Origin: an uncultured Candidatus Binatia bacterium
GTDB lineage: Bacteria; Desulfobacterota; Binatia; UBA9968; JAJDTQ01
Length of the DNA: 64,000 nucleotides
Assembly (NCBI GenBank): GCA_965204205.1
Contig: OZ241976.1
Location: 2,922,322 to 2,986,321 of the forward strand
Direction: 5' to 3'
The notes beneath the pieces are model-generated. The model was not told the DNA's origin, did not search any database, and was given only the letters and a program-made list of their open reading frames with translations. Position 1 is the stretch's first letter, and each line of letters begins with the position of its first letter. Made by a program: the position numbers and the translations under genes. Shown here piece by piece: positions 9,156-20,672 of this stretch.

Positions 9156-9803
9156 ATGGACGTTTCCGCCGAAAAGACCCACGACGCCTTGCCGGTCCCG
9201 GCCGCCGCCCCCGCGGCGCCGCGGAGCCGGCCTGCCCGCGGCGCCTCCAGGGCCTGGAGCTTGTCCTCCCTGGCCGGGCGCCTCACCGAAGTGTCCGACT
9301 CGGGGGCGGCCCCTGCCCTCACGGCCGCGGCCTCCCTGATCCTCCAGGCCCAGCAGCGCGGAGAGCCCGTGGCGTGGGTCGGCTTCGGCAACTCGATCTT
9401 CTTTCCGCCGGATTTGGTCGAGTGGGGCATCGACCTCGACGCCTTGCCGGTGGTGCGCGTCCCCGACGCCCTCGCCGCGTCCCGTGCCGCGGACCAACTG
9501 CTTCGCTCCGGCGCGTTCGGACTGGTGGTGCTGGACCTGAAGGCCGAGGCGCGGATGCACATGGCGGTGCAGAGCCGTCTGGCGGCGCTGGCCCGGAAGC
9601 ACCACGCGGCGCTCCTTTGCCTCACCCGCAAGAAACGGGGAGCGCCCTCGCTGGGGCCGCTGGTGTCGCTACATGGCGAGGGCCGCATCACGAGGACCGC
9701 CTTCAGCCGCTTCGACTGGGAAATCCGCATGGTCAAGGACAAGCGCGGCGCACCGGGATGGAGCTACACGGAGTCGTGTCGTGGAACGGATGGCCTGTGT
9801 TGA
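9156..9803 (+). CDS. imuA: ImuA (SulA/RecA-fold) component of the error-prone polymerase cassette
   Basis: 215-aa ORF with a degenerate RecA-like core (VAWVGFGNSIFFPP ... GLVVLDL). Its position between lexA and imuB is canonical. Confidence 0.75.
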   Translation: MDVSAEKTHDALPVPAAAPAAPRSRPARGASRAWSLSSLAGRLTEVSDSGAAPALTAAASLILQAQQRGEPVAWVGFGNSIFFPPDLVEWGIDLDALPVVRVPDALAASRAADQLLRSGAFGLVVLDLKAEARMHMAVQSRLAALARKHHAALLCLTRKKRGAPSLGPLVSLHGEGRITRTAFSRFDWEIRMVKDKRGAPGWSYTESCRGTDGLC

Positions 9804-11250
9804 CGTTGCCGCCTTTCCCCTGCAACTGCTGCTCCGGGACCATCCCGACTGGAAGGACCTTCCCGCCGCGGTGGTGGACCAGGACAAGGCCCAGGGGACC
9901 GTCCTGTGGGTGAACTCACGGGCGCGGGACACGGGCATCCTGCCGGGCATGCGCTACGGCGCGGGGCTCGCGCTCTCGCGGCATCTCCGGGCGGGCGTCA
10001 TCTCCCGTGCGACGATCGAAGAGGCCATGGCCGGCCTGTTGCCGCGACTGCGGCGCTTTGCCGCGGAGGTGGAGCCCTCCCGCGACGAGCCCGGGGTGTT
10101 CTGGCTCGGGGCCTCGGGCCTTTCCCTGCTTTATCCTCGCCTGGAGGAATGGGCCGGGCTTATCCATAGCGACCTCGTCGGCGCCGGCCTCCACAACACC
10201 GTGGCCGTGGGCTTCTCCCGCTTCGGCAGCTATGCCGCGGCCAAGGCCTGCGACCGTATCACGGTCTTCCAGACGGCCCGGGAAGAGCACGACCATGTCC
10301 GCGGCGTTCGGATCGAACGTCTCGACTTTTCCCCCAAGGTCCGCGACCTGCTGGCCCGGCTCGGCATCCACACCCTGGGCGGCTTCCTGGATCTGCCCGC
10401 GTCCCAGGTGCGCTCCCGTCTCGGCCGGGAAGCCCACCGGCTCCACCGGCTGGCCGCGGGTGACCTCTGGAGCCCGCTTCACCCCGAGACCCCGTCGGAG
10501 CCCACCGTCGCGGGGCTCTTCCTCGACTACCCGGAGAGCGACCACCGGCGGCTGGCGGTTCTCATGGAGGAGCTGCTGGAGCCGTTGCTCGGCGCGCTGG
10601 AGCAGCGCCACGAGGTGATGACCGCCCTCCTGCTCCACCTCCGCCTGGACGACAGGTCGGAGAGGGCCGAGACCCTGCGGCCCGCCAAACCCACCCTGGA
10701 GCGGGCACAGGTCCTGGACCTGCTGCGGCTCCGCCTGGAGGCCACGGCGCTGACGGCCGGGGTAACTGAAATCGTCATGGAGCTCCTGGGGACCTCACCC
10801 GACGTCCGGCAGGGGGAGCTTTTCCACGGCGCCTCCGCCCGCGACCACGACGCCGCCAACCGCGCCCTGGCGCGGCTGCGGGCGCGCTTCGGCGACGGCG
10901 CGCTCCTGCGGGCGCGCCCGCGTGCCGGGCATCTTCCCGAAGCACGCTTCACTTGGGAGCCCATGGAAGCGGTTCCCCCGCCACAACCGCGCCGGGTCCG
11001 GCTGCGCCCGCTGGTGCGGCGCTTCTTCCCGAAACCCGTCCGGCTCAGGGAACCCGCACCGCCGACGACCGGCGCCGAGCCCATGGTTGCCGATCGCGCC
11101 GGCCCCTACATCATCTCCGGGGGATGGTGGGGTTCCGGCACGGGCGTGCACCGCGAGTACCACTTCGTGCGCACCGGCGAGGGCCCGTGGCTATGGGTCT
11201 ACTATGACTCCAGGCGGCACGGCTGGTTCCTGCACGGAAAAGTGGAGTAG
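9790..11250 (+). CDS. imuB: ImuB, catalytically inactive Y-family polymerase homolog
   Basis: Y-family polymerase N-terminal fold (MACVDVAAFPLQLLLRD...). ATG at 9790 overlaps the imuA end. It is followed directly by dnaE2. Confidence 0.8.
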   Translation: MACVDVAAFPLQLLLRDHPDWKDLPAAVVDQDKAQGTVLWVNSRARDTGILPGMRYGAGLALSRHLRAGVISRATIEEAMAGLLPRLRRFAAEVEPSRDEPGVFWLGASGLSLLYPRLEEWAGLIHSDLVGAGLHNTVAVGFSRFGSYAAAKACDRITVFQTAREEHDHVRGVRIERLDFSPKVRDLLARLGIHTLGGFLDLPASQVRSRLGREAHRLHRLAAGDLWSPLHPETPSEPTVAGLFLDYPESDHRRLAVLMEELLEPLLGALEQRHEVMTALLLHLRLDDRSERAETLRPAKPTLERAQVLDLLRLRLEATALTAGVTEIVMELLGTSPDVRQGELFHGASARDHDAANRALARLRARFGDGALLRARPRAGHLPEARFTWEPMEAVPPPQPRRVRLRPLVRRFFPKPVRLREPAPPTTGAEPMVADRAGPYIISGGWWGSGTGVHREYHFVRTGEGPWLWVYYDSRRHGWFLHGKVE

Positions 11251-14412
<3,162 letters not shown>

Positions 14413-14502
14413 GGGGCGACGCCTGGAACGACGGGAAGGGGCAGGCGCGGGTGAAGACAGAATTTGTTGACAAAAGGCACACGTCATGGAAGGATTCTAG
14501 AC

Positions 14503-14772
14503 GTGCCGGAGTTCGACTGGGACGATAAAAAGAATGAGCTTCTCGAGAAGACACGGGGCGTAAGTTTCGAAGATGTCGTCTTCCACATCGAGAATGGCGA
14601 TATTCTCGACATCATCAGGCATCCCAATGCATCCCGGTATCCGAATCAGAGGATCATCGTCCTGAAAATGGAAGGGTACGTGTACTTGGTCCCATACGTG
14701 GAACGGGGAAGAACACGCTTTCTCAAAACCATCATCCCCAGCCGGAAAGCGACAAGGGAGTACCTCGAATGA
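14503..14772 (+). CDS. brnT: BrnT-family (DUF497) type II toxin
   Basis: About 89 aa from the GTG at 14503 (VPEFDWDDKKNELLEKTRGVSFEDV...), the typical BrnT N-terminus. The stop overlaps the brnA ATG (ATGA). A TTGACA hexamer at 14467-14472 lies upstream. The region is clearly AT-richer than its surroundings. Confidence 0.7.
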   Translation: MPEFDWDDKKNELLEKTRGVSFEDVVFHIENGDILDIIRHPNASRYPNQRIIVLKMEGYVYLVPYVERGRTRFLKTIIPSRKATREYLE

Positions 14773-15050
14773 AAAATCCTCTCGAATTGGACGAGGAAGA
14801 AGTAAAGATTCTCCGGGATTTTGAACGCGGGGAATTTACGAGCATCACCAAGTTCAAAGAAGCCAAGCGGAAGTTGGAAGAAGCTGCAGCCGAGTTCCTT
14901 CAAAAGGACAAGCGCATCAACATTCGGATCTCGTCCCGAGATTTGGAAGCCCTCAAAAAAAGGGCAAGCAAGGAAGGAATGCCCTATCAGACCCTCATCT
15001 CCAGCACGCTCCACAAATTCGTGGCGGGGAAATTGAAGAGCGTGGAGTGA
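14769..15050 (+). CDS. brnA: BrnA antitoxin (ribbon-helix-helix, CopG-like)
   Basis: 93 aa. C-terminal RISSRDLEALKKRASKEGMPYQTLISSTLHKF RHH segment typical of BrnA. Translationally coupled to brnT. Confidence 0.7.
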   Translation: MKNPLELDEEEVKILRDFERGEFTSITKFKEAKRKLEEAAAEFLQKDKRINIRISSRDLEALKKRASKEGMPYQTLISSTLHKFVAGKLKSVE

Positions 15051-15058
15051 CGTGTGGG

Positions 15059-15547
15059 TTAGTTCTTGGGGAAGTCGAACAGCACCTCATCGCCTCTGGC
15101 ATACCCCACGGCAGACCATGTGTCCGTATCGAACCCGAGATGGAGTACGCCGCACGTCGGCAGGTTCGGGATCGGACGTGGGCCCAGGTGATTGGCGAGT
15201 TCGGTCAGCCCGGGGTTGTGGCCGAACAGCATCAAGGTGACCAGCGAATCGTCCGCGTCGCGAATCACGTCGAGCAATTCGACAATACCCGCGCCGTAAA
15301 GGCGGTCTTTCAGCACGATATCCTTGCGCGGATAGCCGAGCTTCCTGGCGATGATCCGCGCCGTCTCCAGCGCCCGCACCGCCGGACTCGAAACGATCAG
15401 ATCCGGCCTCTCCTTCCGCTGCGCAAGCCGGGTGCCCATTTCGGGCGCGTCCCGTTCGCCCCGCTTGTTGAGAGGTCTTTCACGATCGTCGAGGCTGGGA
15501 TCCTTCCAGCTCGACTTGGCGTGCCGTACGATGATGAGCTCTTTCAC
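15059..15547 (-). CDS. sixA: phosphohistidine phosphatase SixA (histidine phosphatase superfamily)
   Basis: RHAKS catalytic motif near the N-terminus and a downstream conserved H (FGHNPG). About 162 aa. GTG start. Confidence 0.7.
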   Translation of the reverse strand: MKELIIVRHAKSSWKDPSLDDRERPLNKRGERDAPEMGTRLAQRKERPDLIVSSPAVRALETARIIARKLGYPRKDIVLKDRLYGAGIVELLDVIRDADDSLVTLMLFGHNPGLTELANHLGPRPIPNLPTCGVLHLGFDTDTWSAVGYARGDEVLFDFPKN

Positions 15548-15571
15548 CGGCGACTCGATCGAGGCGGTCCG

Positions 15572-16435
15572 TCACGCCACCGAGCGGCGGCCCGGCTCCG
15601 GCTGTGCCGGCTGGCTGAAGGGACGGTCGTGCCGCAGGCTGGGAACGCGTTTGCGCACGCTGGCGACGCTAGCCATATCCACGGTGGCGACGATGGCGGC
15701 GGGTTCGTCGCCGCCCTCGGCAAGGATCTCACCCCAAGGCGAGACGATGAGAGAGTGGCCGTAGACGGCGCCGCCGCCGGGCACGGGGCCGACGGAACAG
15801 GGGGCCACCACTACGGCGCCGTTCTCGATGGCCCGGGCGCGGTTCAGCACGTGCCAGTGGGCTTGGCCCGTTTTCTTGGTGAAAGCGGCGGGCACCGCCA
15901 GGATCTCGGCGCCGGCTTGGGCCAGCGCGCGATAGAGGTGTGGGAAGCGCAGGTCGTAGCAGGTAGTCATGCCGAGGCGTCCCCAAGGGGTGTCCGCCAC
16001 CACAGCCTGCTTGCCGGGACTGACCACCGCGGACTCGCGGTAGCGCTCGGTTTCGGACAGGTCCACGTCGAACAGGTGGATCTTGTCGTAGCGGGCGCGG
16101 ACCTCGCCTTTGTCGTCCACCAGGAAGCCGCGGTTGATGAGCCGGTCTCCCGGGCCGTCCACGGCCACCGAGCCGATGAGCATCCATGTTCCGGCATCGC
16201 GGGTGAAGGCGCGTAGCGCCTCCAGCACGGGATGGCTCGCCTCGGGCGCGGCCGGGGGCTTGAGCACGCCGTTCTCGGTGGCGAGGCCGCCGCAGAACTC
16301 CGGGAGGCACACGAGCTCGGCGCCGTCCGCCACGGCTTCGCCCGCCAGGCGGAGTGCGGCTTCGATGGCCTCGCCGAAGGTCGCCAGGGCCGGCGTCTGG
16401 ACGCAGCCGATGCGGACTTCGCGTGTGGTGGTCAT
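15572..16435 (-). CDS. carbon-nitrogen hydrolase (nitrilase/omega-amidase family)
   Basis: Glu-Lys-Cys triad contexts: LVCLPEF, RYDKIHLFD, TCYDLRFP. Confidence 0.8.
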   Translation of the reverse strand: MTTTREVRIGCVQTPALATFGEAIEAALRLAGEAVADGAELVCLPEFCGGLATENGVLKPPAAPEASHPVLEALRAFTRDAGTWMLIGSVAVDGPGDRLINRGFLVDDKGEVRARYDKIHLFDVDLSETERYRESAVVSPGKQAVVADTPWGRLGMTTCYDLRFPHLYRALAQAGAEILAVPAAFTKKTGQAHWHVLNRARAIENGAVVVAPCSVGPVPGGGAVYGHSLIVSPWGEILAEGGDEPAAIVATVDMASVASVRKRVPSLRHDRPFSQPAQPEPGRRSVA

Positions 16436-16570
16436 GATTCCCTCCCCGCGGGTTCAACTTCGTCGTCCTGCTCTCGTGGAGTTTACCGCGTTGTCGGGAA
16501 ATTACGAAGGCATTTCGCCCTGGATTCCCGTTTCGCGGGAATAACGGAATGAGACCGCCGGTGAGGCATC

Positions 16571-17071
16571 CTACGTGCGGGTTAGCCGGTCGATGATTTC
16601 GCGGTGCTGCGGGTAGCGCCGGATCAAGTCGTCCCTCCCGGGCATCTCGAAATCGGCGAAGTCGAAGCCGGGGACGCAGGTGCAGCCCACCAGGGCGTAT
16701 CCCCGGTTGCCGTCCACGGAGGCGCCGAACAGCGAGCCGCCGGGAACCAACGCCTGCAGGCACTCGCCCGCCTGCGGATCGGGGCCCATGCTGATGGGCG
16801 AGTAACGGCCCGCGGTGTCGATGACGTGTACGGTGAGGGTCGAGCCCGCGTAGAAGTGCCACAACTCGTCCTGCTTGATGCGGTGGAGGGCGGAGAACTC
16901 TTCGTCCTGCAGCAGGAAATAGATGGAGGTGCCGAGGCTGCGGGGGCCATCGTAGCCGGGCAGCAGCCCGCCCGGGACGGTGACCCGGGAGCGGTAGATC
17001 TCCTTGAAGTGGCCGCCTTCGGGATGGGGATCGAGACCGAGGATTTCTATCCAATAGGCGGCGTCATGCAT
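16571..17071 (-). CDS. DUF985 cupin-domain protein
   Basis: Start at MHDAAYWIEILGL (rc cat 17069-17071). Cupin beta-barrel core. Confidence 0.65.
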   Translation of the reverse strand: MHDAAYWIEILGLDPHPEGGHFKEIYRSRVTVPGGLLPGYDGPRSLGTSIYFLLQDEEFSALHRIKQDELWHFYAGSTLTVHVIDTAGRYSPISMGPDPQAGECLQALVPGGSLFGASVDGNRGYALVGCTCVPGFDFADFEMPGRDDLIRRYPQHREIIDRLTRT

Positions 17072-17121
17072 GAAGCGTTCTCCTGGCGGCATCGCTCCCA
17101 GGATGGCACCCTTCGGATGGG

Positions 17122-17246
17122 GCCGTTCGACTTCGCTTCGCGAAGCCTGTCCTGAGCTTGACGAAGGGCTCAGGGCGAACGGTTAGGTTGAGCGGTCGGA
17201 TCTACCCCGTTCGCCCTGAGCGAAGCGAAGCGAAGTCGAAGGGCGC
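17122..17246. repeat. nested inverted-repeat intergenic element, copy A
   Basis: Outer arms TTCGACTTCGCTTCGC / GCGAAGCGAAGTCGAAGG. Inner arms CTCAGGGCGAACGG / CCGTTCGCCCTGAG. Same architecture as copies at 26341-26452 and 39408-39546. Confidence 0.6.
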
Positions 17247-17293
17247 CATCTCAACGGATCCGAGTCTTCCTAAGCAACTTGTGACAACCGACA

Positions 17294-18451
17294 CTAGTCT
17301 GGATCGCGCAAAGTCGGCCGCCATAGCGCGAGATCACCCCCGCCCTCGAAGTGGTAGCGCTCGATGGCTTCCGAGTCCAGGGTGACGCCGAGGCCGGGAC
17401 CGCCGGGCGGGCGCATGAAGCCGTTGACCGGCTCCAGCGGCTCCTGGAGAAGGCCGCTACGCAGCGGGTTCTCGTTGTAGTCGAACTCCATGACCGCACT
17501 GTTCTCCAGGGCGGCGGCCAGATGAAGGCTGGCGGCGAGGGCGACGCCGTCACCGTAGGTGTGGAGCGAGATCGGAAGACCGCGCTCCGCGGCGTCGGCG
17601 GCGATGTTGCGCACCTCGCTGATGCCGCCGGCGCGGGCGACGTCGGGCTGCAGGATGTCCACCGCGTCCCGGGCCATGAACGATTCGAACGCGAAACGGG
17701 TGTGCAGGTTCTCGCCGACGGCCACGGGGACGCCGGAGCGGGCCTTGAGCCGCGCGTGGCCGGCCACGTCTTCCACAAAAAACGGCTCCTCCAGCCAGCC
17801 GATGCCGAGCTTCTCGAACTCCTTTGCCGCGGCCAGCGCCACCTCCAACCCGTAGCCCATGTTGGCGTCGGTCATGAGCCGGAAGTCGGGTCCCAGCGCC
17901 GACCGCACCGCGCCCACGATCTCGACGTCCTGGGCGAGGTCGAAGCCCACCTTGATCTTGATGCCGTGGAAGCCCCGTTCCGCCAGCTTCTCGGCCTTCT
18001 CCACCGCGGCCCGGGTCTCCTCGGGATAGAGCGCGGTGGCGTAGACCTCGACCCGGTCCCGGCGCTTGCCGCCCAGCAACTCGTAGACCGGTACGCCCTT
18101 CACCTTGCCGGCAATGTCCCACAGCGCGATGTCGACGCCGCTGAGGGCTACTACACCGACGCCTCTGGAGCCGAAGGCGCGCACGCCGGCGCGGAAGTAG
18201 GCCGTGTCCCAGATCTCTTCGATGGCAAGGGGGTCCATGCCGACGAGCAGCGGCCTGAGCACGTGGGCGACGACCGCTTCCAGAAGCAGTCCGTTGCCGG
18301 AGCAGGACCCGATGCCGGTGATTCCGTCGTCGGTATGGACCTCGACGAGACATGCATGACGATGGCTTCGCACGCCCGTGCGGCTCTCCACCCGGCCCTC
18401 CGCGCCGAGGGAGGCACGCAACCGCCGGGTCGCAATGTCCGTGATCTTCAT
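17294..18451 (-). CDS. enolase-superfamily enzyme (mandelate racemase / muconate lactonizing enzyme family, acid-sugar dehydratase-like)
   Basis: MR/MLE N- and C-terminal domains with metal-binding D/E residues (KIKVG ... DANMGY ... WLEEP). Start at MKITDIATRRL (rc cat 18449-18451). Confidence 0.8.
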   Translation of the reverse strand: MKITDIATRRLRASLGAEGRVESRTGVRSHRHACLVEVHTDDGITGIGSCSGNGLLLEAVVAHVLRPLLVGMDPLAIEEIWDTAYFRAGVRAFGSRGVGVVALSGVDIALWDIAGKVKGVPVYELLGGKRRDRVEVYATALYPEETRAAVEKAEKLAERGFHGIKIKVGFDLAQDVEIVGAVRSALGPDFRLMTDANMGYGLEVALAAAKEFEKLGIGWLEEPFFVEDVAGHARLKARSGVPVAVGENLHTRFAFESFMARDAVDILQPDVARAGGISEVRNIAADAAERGLPISLHTYGDGVALAASLHLAAALENSAVMEFDYNENPLRSGLLQEPLEPVNGFMRPPGGPGLGVTLDSEAIERYHFEGGGDLALWRPTLRDPD

Positions 18452-18483
18452 TCGAAATACCCGCCTCTCCAAGAGCTCGGGTC

Positions 18484-18513
18484 CACCGCGCCTTGACACC
18501 CTTTGCCCGGCGG
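18484..18513 (+). promoter_or_regulatory. candidate sigma70-type promoter for the 2-hydroxyacid dehydrogenase gene
   Basis: TTGACA (18484-18489), 18-nt spacer, TAGATA (18508-18513), about 135 nt upstream of the ATG at 18648 in a divergent intergenic region. Confidence 0.3.
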
Positions 18514-18647
18514 AAGTAGATAGATTCCCAGCCGGACGCCGCCTCGAAGGGTCCTGGTTGGGCAGGCCAACCGTAATCCATGCCGGCGGGCGCGTGCAAG
18601 AGAAGTATCACTCGGCGCCTGCCGTCAAACGTTCTTCGGAGTAAACC

Positions 18648-19673
18648 ATGCAAGGCAACAAGGTCTGTATCCCGGCGCCGCACAAGCTGTCGGTGGGGCG
18701 GGACGTGCTGGAGGAGGCGGGGTGCGAGCTCGTGCTGGGGAAGGACCAGGACGAGTTCCCCAAGCACCGCTACTCCGACGACGAGCTGGTGGCGCTGATC
18801 GGCGACAGCGACGCCGTCTGGGCGGCGCAGCGGGACTTCATCAGCGGTGCGGTGCTGGCCCGCTGCCCCAAGCTTAGAGCGGTGATCAAGGCCGCCATCG
18901 GCTACGAGACCATCGACGTGGACGCAGCCACCGAGCTGGGCATCCTGGTGTGCAACAGCCCGGCGCGGGAGAACTTCACCGGCGTGGCCGAGGCCACGGT
19001 CGGGCTCATGTCCATGCTGTTCAAGCGGCTGGTGCACAACCAGCAGCTCCTGCGCGACGGCGGCTGGAAGCGCAACGAGCACCGCGGCAACCTGATGGTG
19101 GGCCGCACCGTCGGTATCGTCGGCGTCGGACGGGTGGGCAAGGAGGTGGCCAAGCGCCTCGGCCCCTGGGAGATGCGGCTCATCGGCTGCGACCCCTACA
19201 TCACGCAGGAGTCGGTGGAGCACCTGGGGGTGGAACTGGTGCCGCTGGACACGGTGCTCCGGGAATCCGACCTCGTGACCCTGCACACGCCCCTCACCGC
19301 GGAGACGCGCGGGCTCGTCACCCTGACCGAGCTGAAACAGATGAAGCCCACCGCCTACCTGGTGAACACGTGCCGCGGCGGCGTGGTCAAGCAGGAGGAC
19401 CTGGTGCAGGCCCTGAACGAGGGCATCATCGCCGGCGCGGCCGTGGACGTGTTCGAGGAAGAGCCGCTGCCCATGTCGGACCCCATCCGCGACGTGGACC
19501 CCGAGCGGCTGATCATGACGCCGCACATCATCGGCACCAACCCGCAGTCCCAGGTGTCCGGCGAGCGCATGGCCGCTCAGAGCATTCTCACGGTGCTGGC
19601 GGGCGAGGCGCCGGAGACCGTGGTGAACCCCGAGTGCGTAGACGCCTGGCGTGAACGGTTCGGCGCCCGTTGA
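18648..19673 (+). CDS. D-isomer-specific 2-hydroxyacid dehydrogenase (PGDH/GyaR-like)
   Basis: NAD-binding GxGxxG (VGIVGVGRVG) and catalytic R/E/H region (NTCRGGVV, MTPHIIG). Confidence 0.85.
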   Translation: MQGNKVCIPAPHKLSVGRDVLEEAGCELVLGKDQDEFPKHRYSDDELVALIGDSDAVWAAQRDFISGAVLARCPKLRAVIKAAIGYETIDVDAATELGILVCNSPARENFTGVAEATVGLMSMLFKRLVHNQQLLRDGGWKRNEHRGNLMVGRTVGIVGVGRVGKEVAKRLGPWEMRLIGCDPYITQESVEHLGVELVPLDTVLRESDLVTLHTPLTAETRGLVTLTELKQMKPTAYLVNTCRGGVVKQEDLVQALNEGIIAGAAVDVFEEEPLPMSDPIRDVDPERLIMTPHIIGTNPQSQVSGERMAAQSILTVLAGEAPETVVNPECVDAWRERFGAR

Positions 19674-19736
19674 CGGCCGGCCGGAACCTTGGGCACGGGG
19701 CTCCGGAGGGAAACCGTCTCTCCGGGGAACTAACGG

Positions 19737-19760
19737 TAGGGGCGACCGGCGGTCGCCCCT
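19737..19760. repeat. REP-like GC palindrome (AGGGGCGACC-GGC-GGTCGCCCCT)
   Basis: 10-bp perfect stem. Same motif occurs at 23149, 23211, 29403 and 37103. It lies 20 nt upstream of the crotonase start. Confidence 0.5.
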
Positions 19761-19780
19761 GAACGGATTGGAGGAAACCC

Positions 19781-20599
19781 GTGGCGGAAAAGGAATGCAT
19801 CATCGAGGACATCGACGAAGAAACCGGCATCGCCTGGATCACCCTCAACCGCCCGGAGCGAAAGAACGCGCTCAGCCGGAAGCTCCTTGCGGAGCTGGTG
19901 GACAGCCTCAAGGCCCTGTCGGTGAACGACAACATCCGCTGCATCGTCACCACCGGCGCCGGAGACGCCTACAGCTCGGGGCTGGACCTGTACGACCTGC
20001 GGGCGTCGTGGCAAGGCAAGCGCCGGCTCTACGAGGGCGGCTCGGCGCGGGAGATCGTCACGCTGCTGCGCCAGGCGCCCCAGGTCACCGTGGCCGCGGT
20101 CAACGGCTGGGCCCTGGGAGGCGGGCTGGTGCTGGTGAACGGCCATGACCTGGCCATCGCCGCGGACACGGCGCAGTTCGGCATGCCGGAGATCATCCGC
20201 GGGAGCTACGGCGCCACCGCCACGCCTACCCTCTTCCGGAGCGGCATTCCCTTCAAGAAGGCGTTCTACATCCAGCTCACCGGCGAGAACATCGCCGGGC
20301 CCGAAGCCGAGCGCCTGGGGCTGGTTTCCAAGACCGTGCCGGCGAAGGAGCTGATGCCGTTCGTCCGGGAGTTCGCCGCCACCATCGCCAGCCGCCACCC
20401 GGTGACCCTGGAACACGCCAAGATCGCCGCCTACACGTCCATGGACCTGGACAACAGCCGCGGGCTGCTGGTGGACGAGGTCATCTCCCACCGCATGCGC
20501 GTCTACATGAACCCGCTGAACGACGTCGAGGGATACCTCCAGTCGCAGAAGGGCGGCGGCAACGTCAAATACGAGAAGCCCGACGCCAAGAAGTCGTAG
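19781..20599 (+). CDS. enoyl-CoA hydratase/isomerase (crotonase) family protein
   Basis: Crotonase fold motifs: TGAGDAYSSGLDL, oxyanion-hole region NGWALGGG. Confidence 0.85.
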   Translation: MAEKECIIEDIDEETGIAWITLNRPERKNALSRKLLAELVDSLKALSVNDNIRCIVTTGAGDAYSSGLDLYDLRASWQGKRRLYEGGSAREIVTLLRQAPQVTVAAVNGWALGGGLVLVNGHDLAIAADTAQFGMPEIIRGSYGATATPTLFRSGIPFKKAFYIQLTGENIAGPEAERLGLVSKTVPAKELMPFVREFAATIASRHPVTLEHAKIAAYTSMDLDNSRGLLVDEVISHRMRVYMNPLNDVEGYLQSQKGGGNVKYEKPDAKKS

Positions 20600-20672
20600 G
20601 GGCGGGGTCCCAATCCCGCCCGAGTTCGCGTCGCGCTAACGGTCGATACAGGCCACGAGCGCCGGAGCCCTC

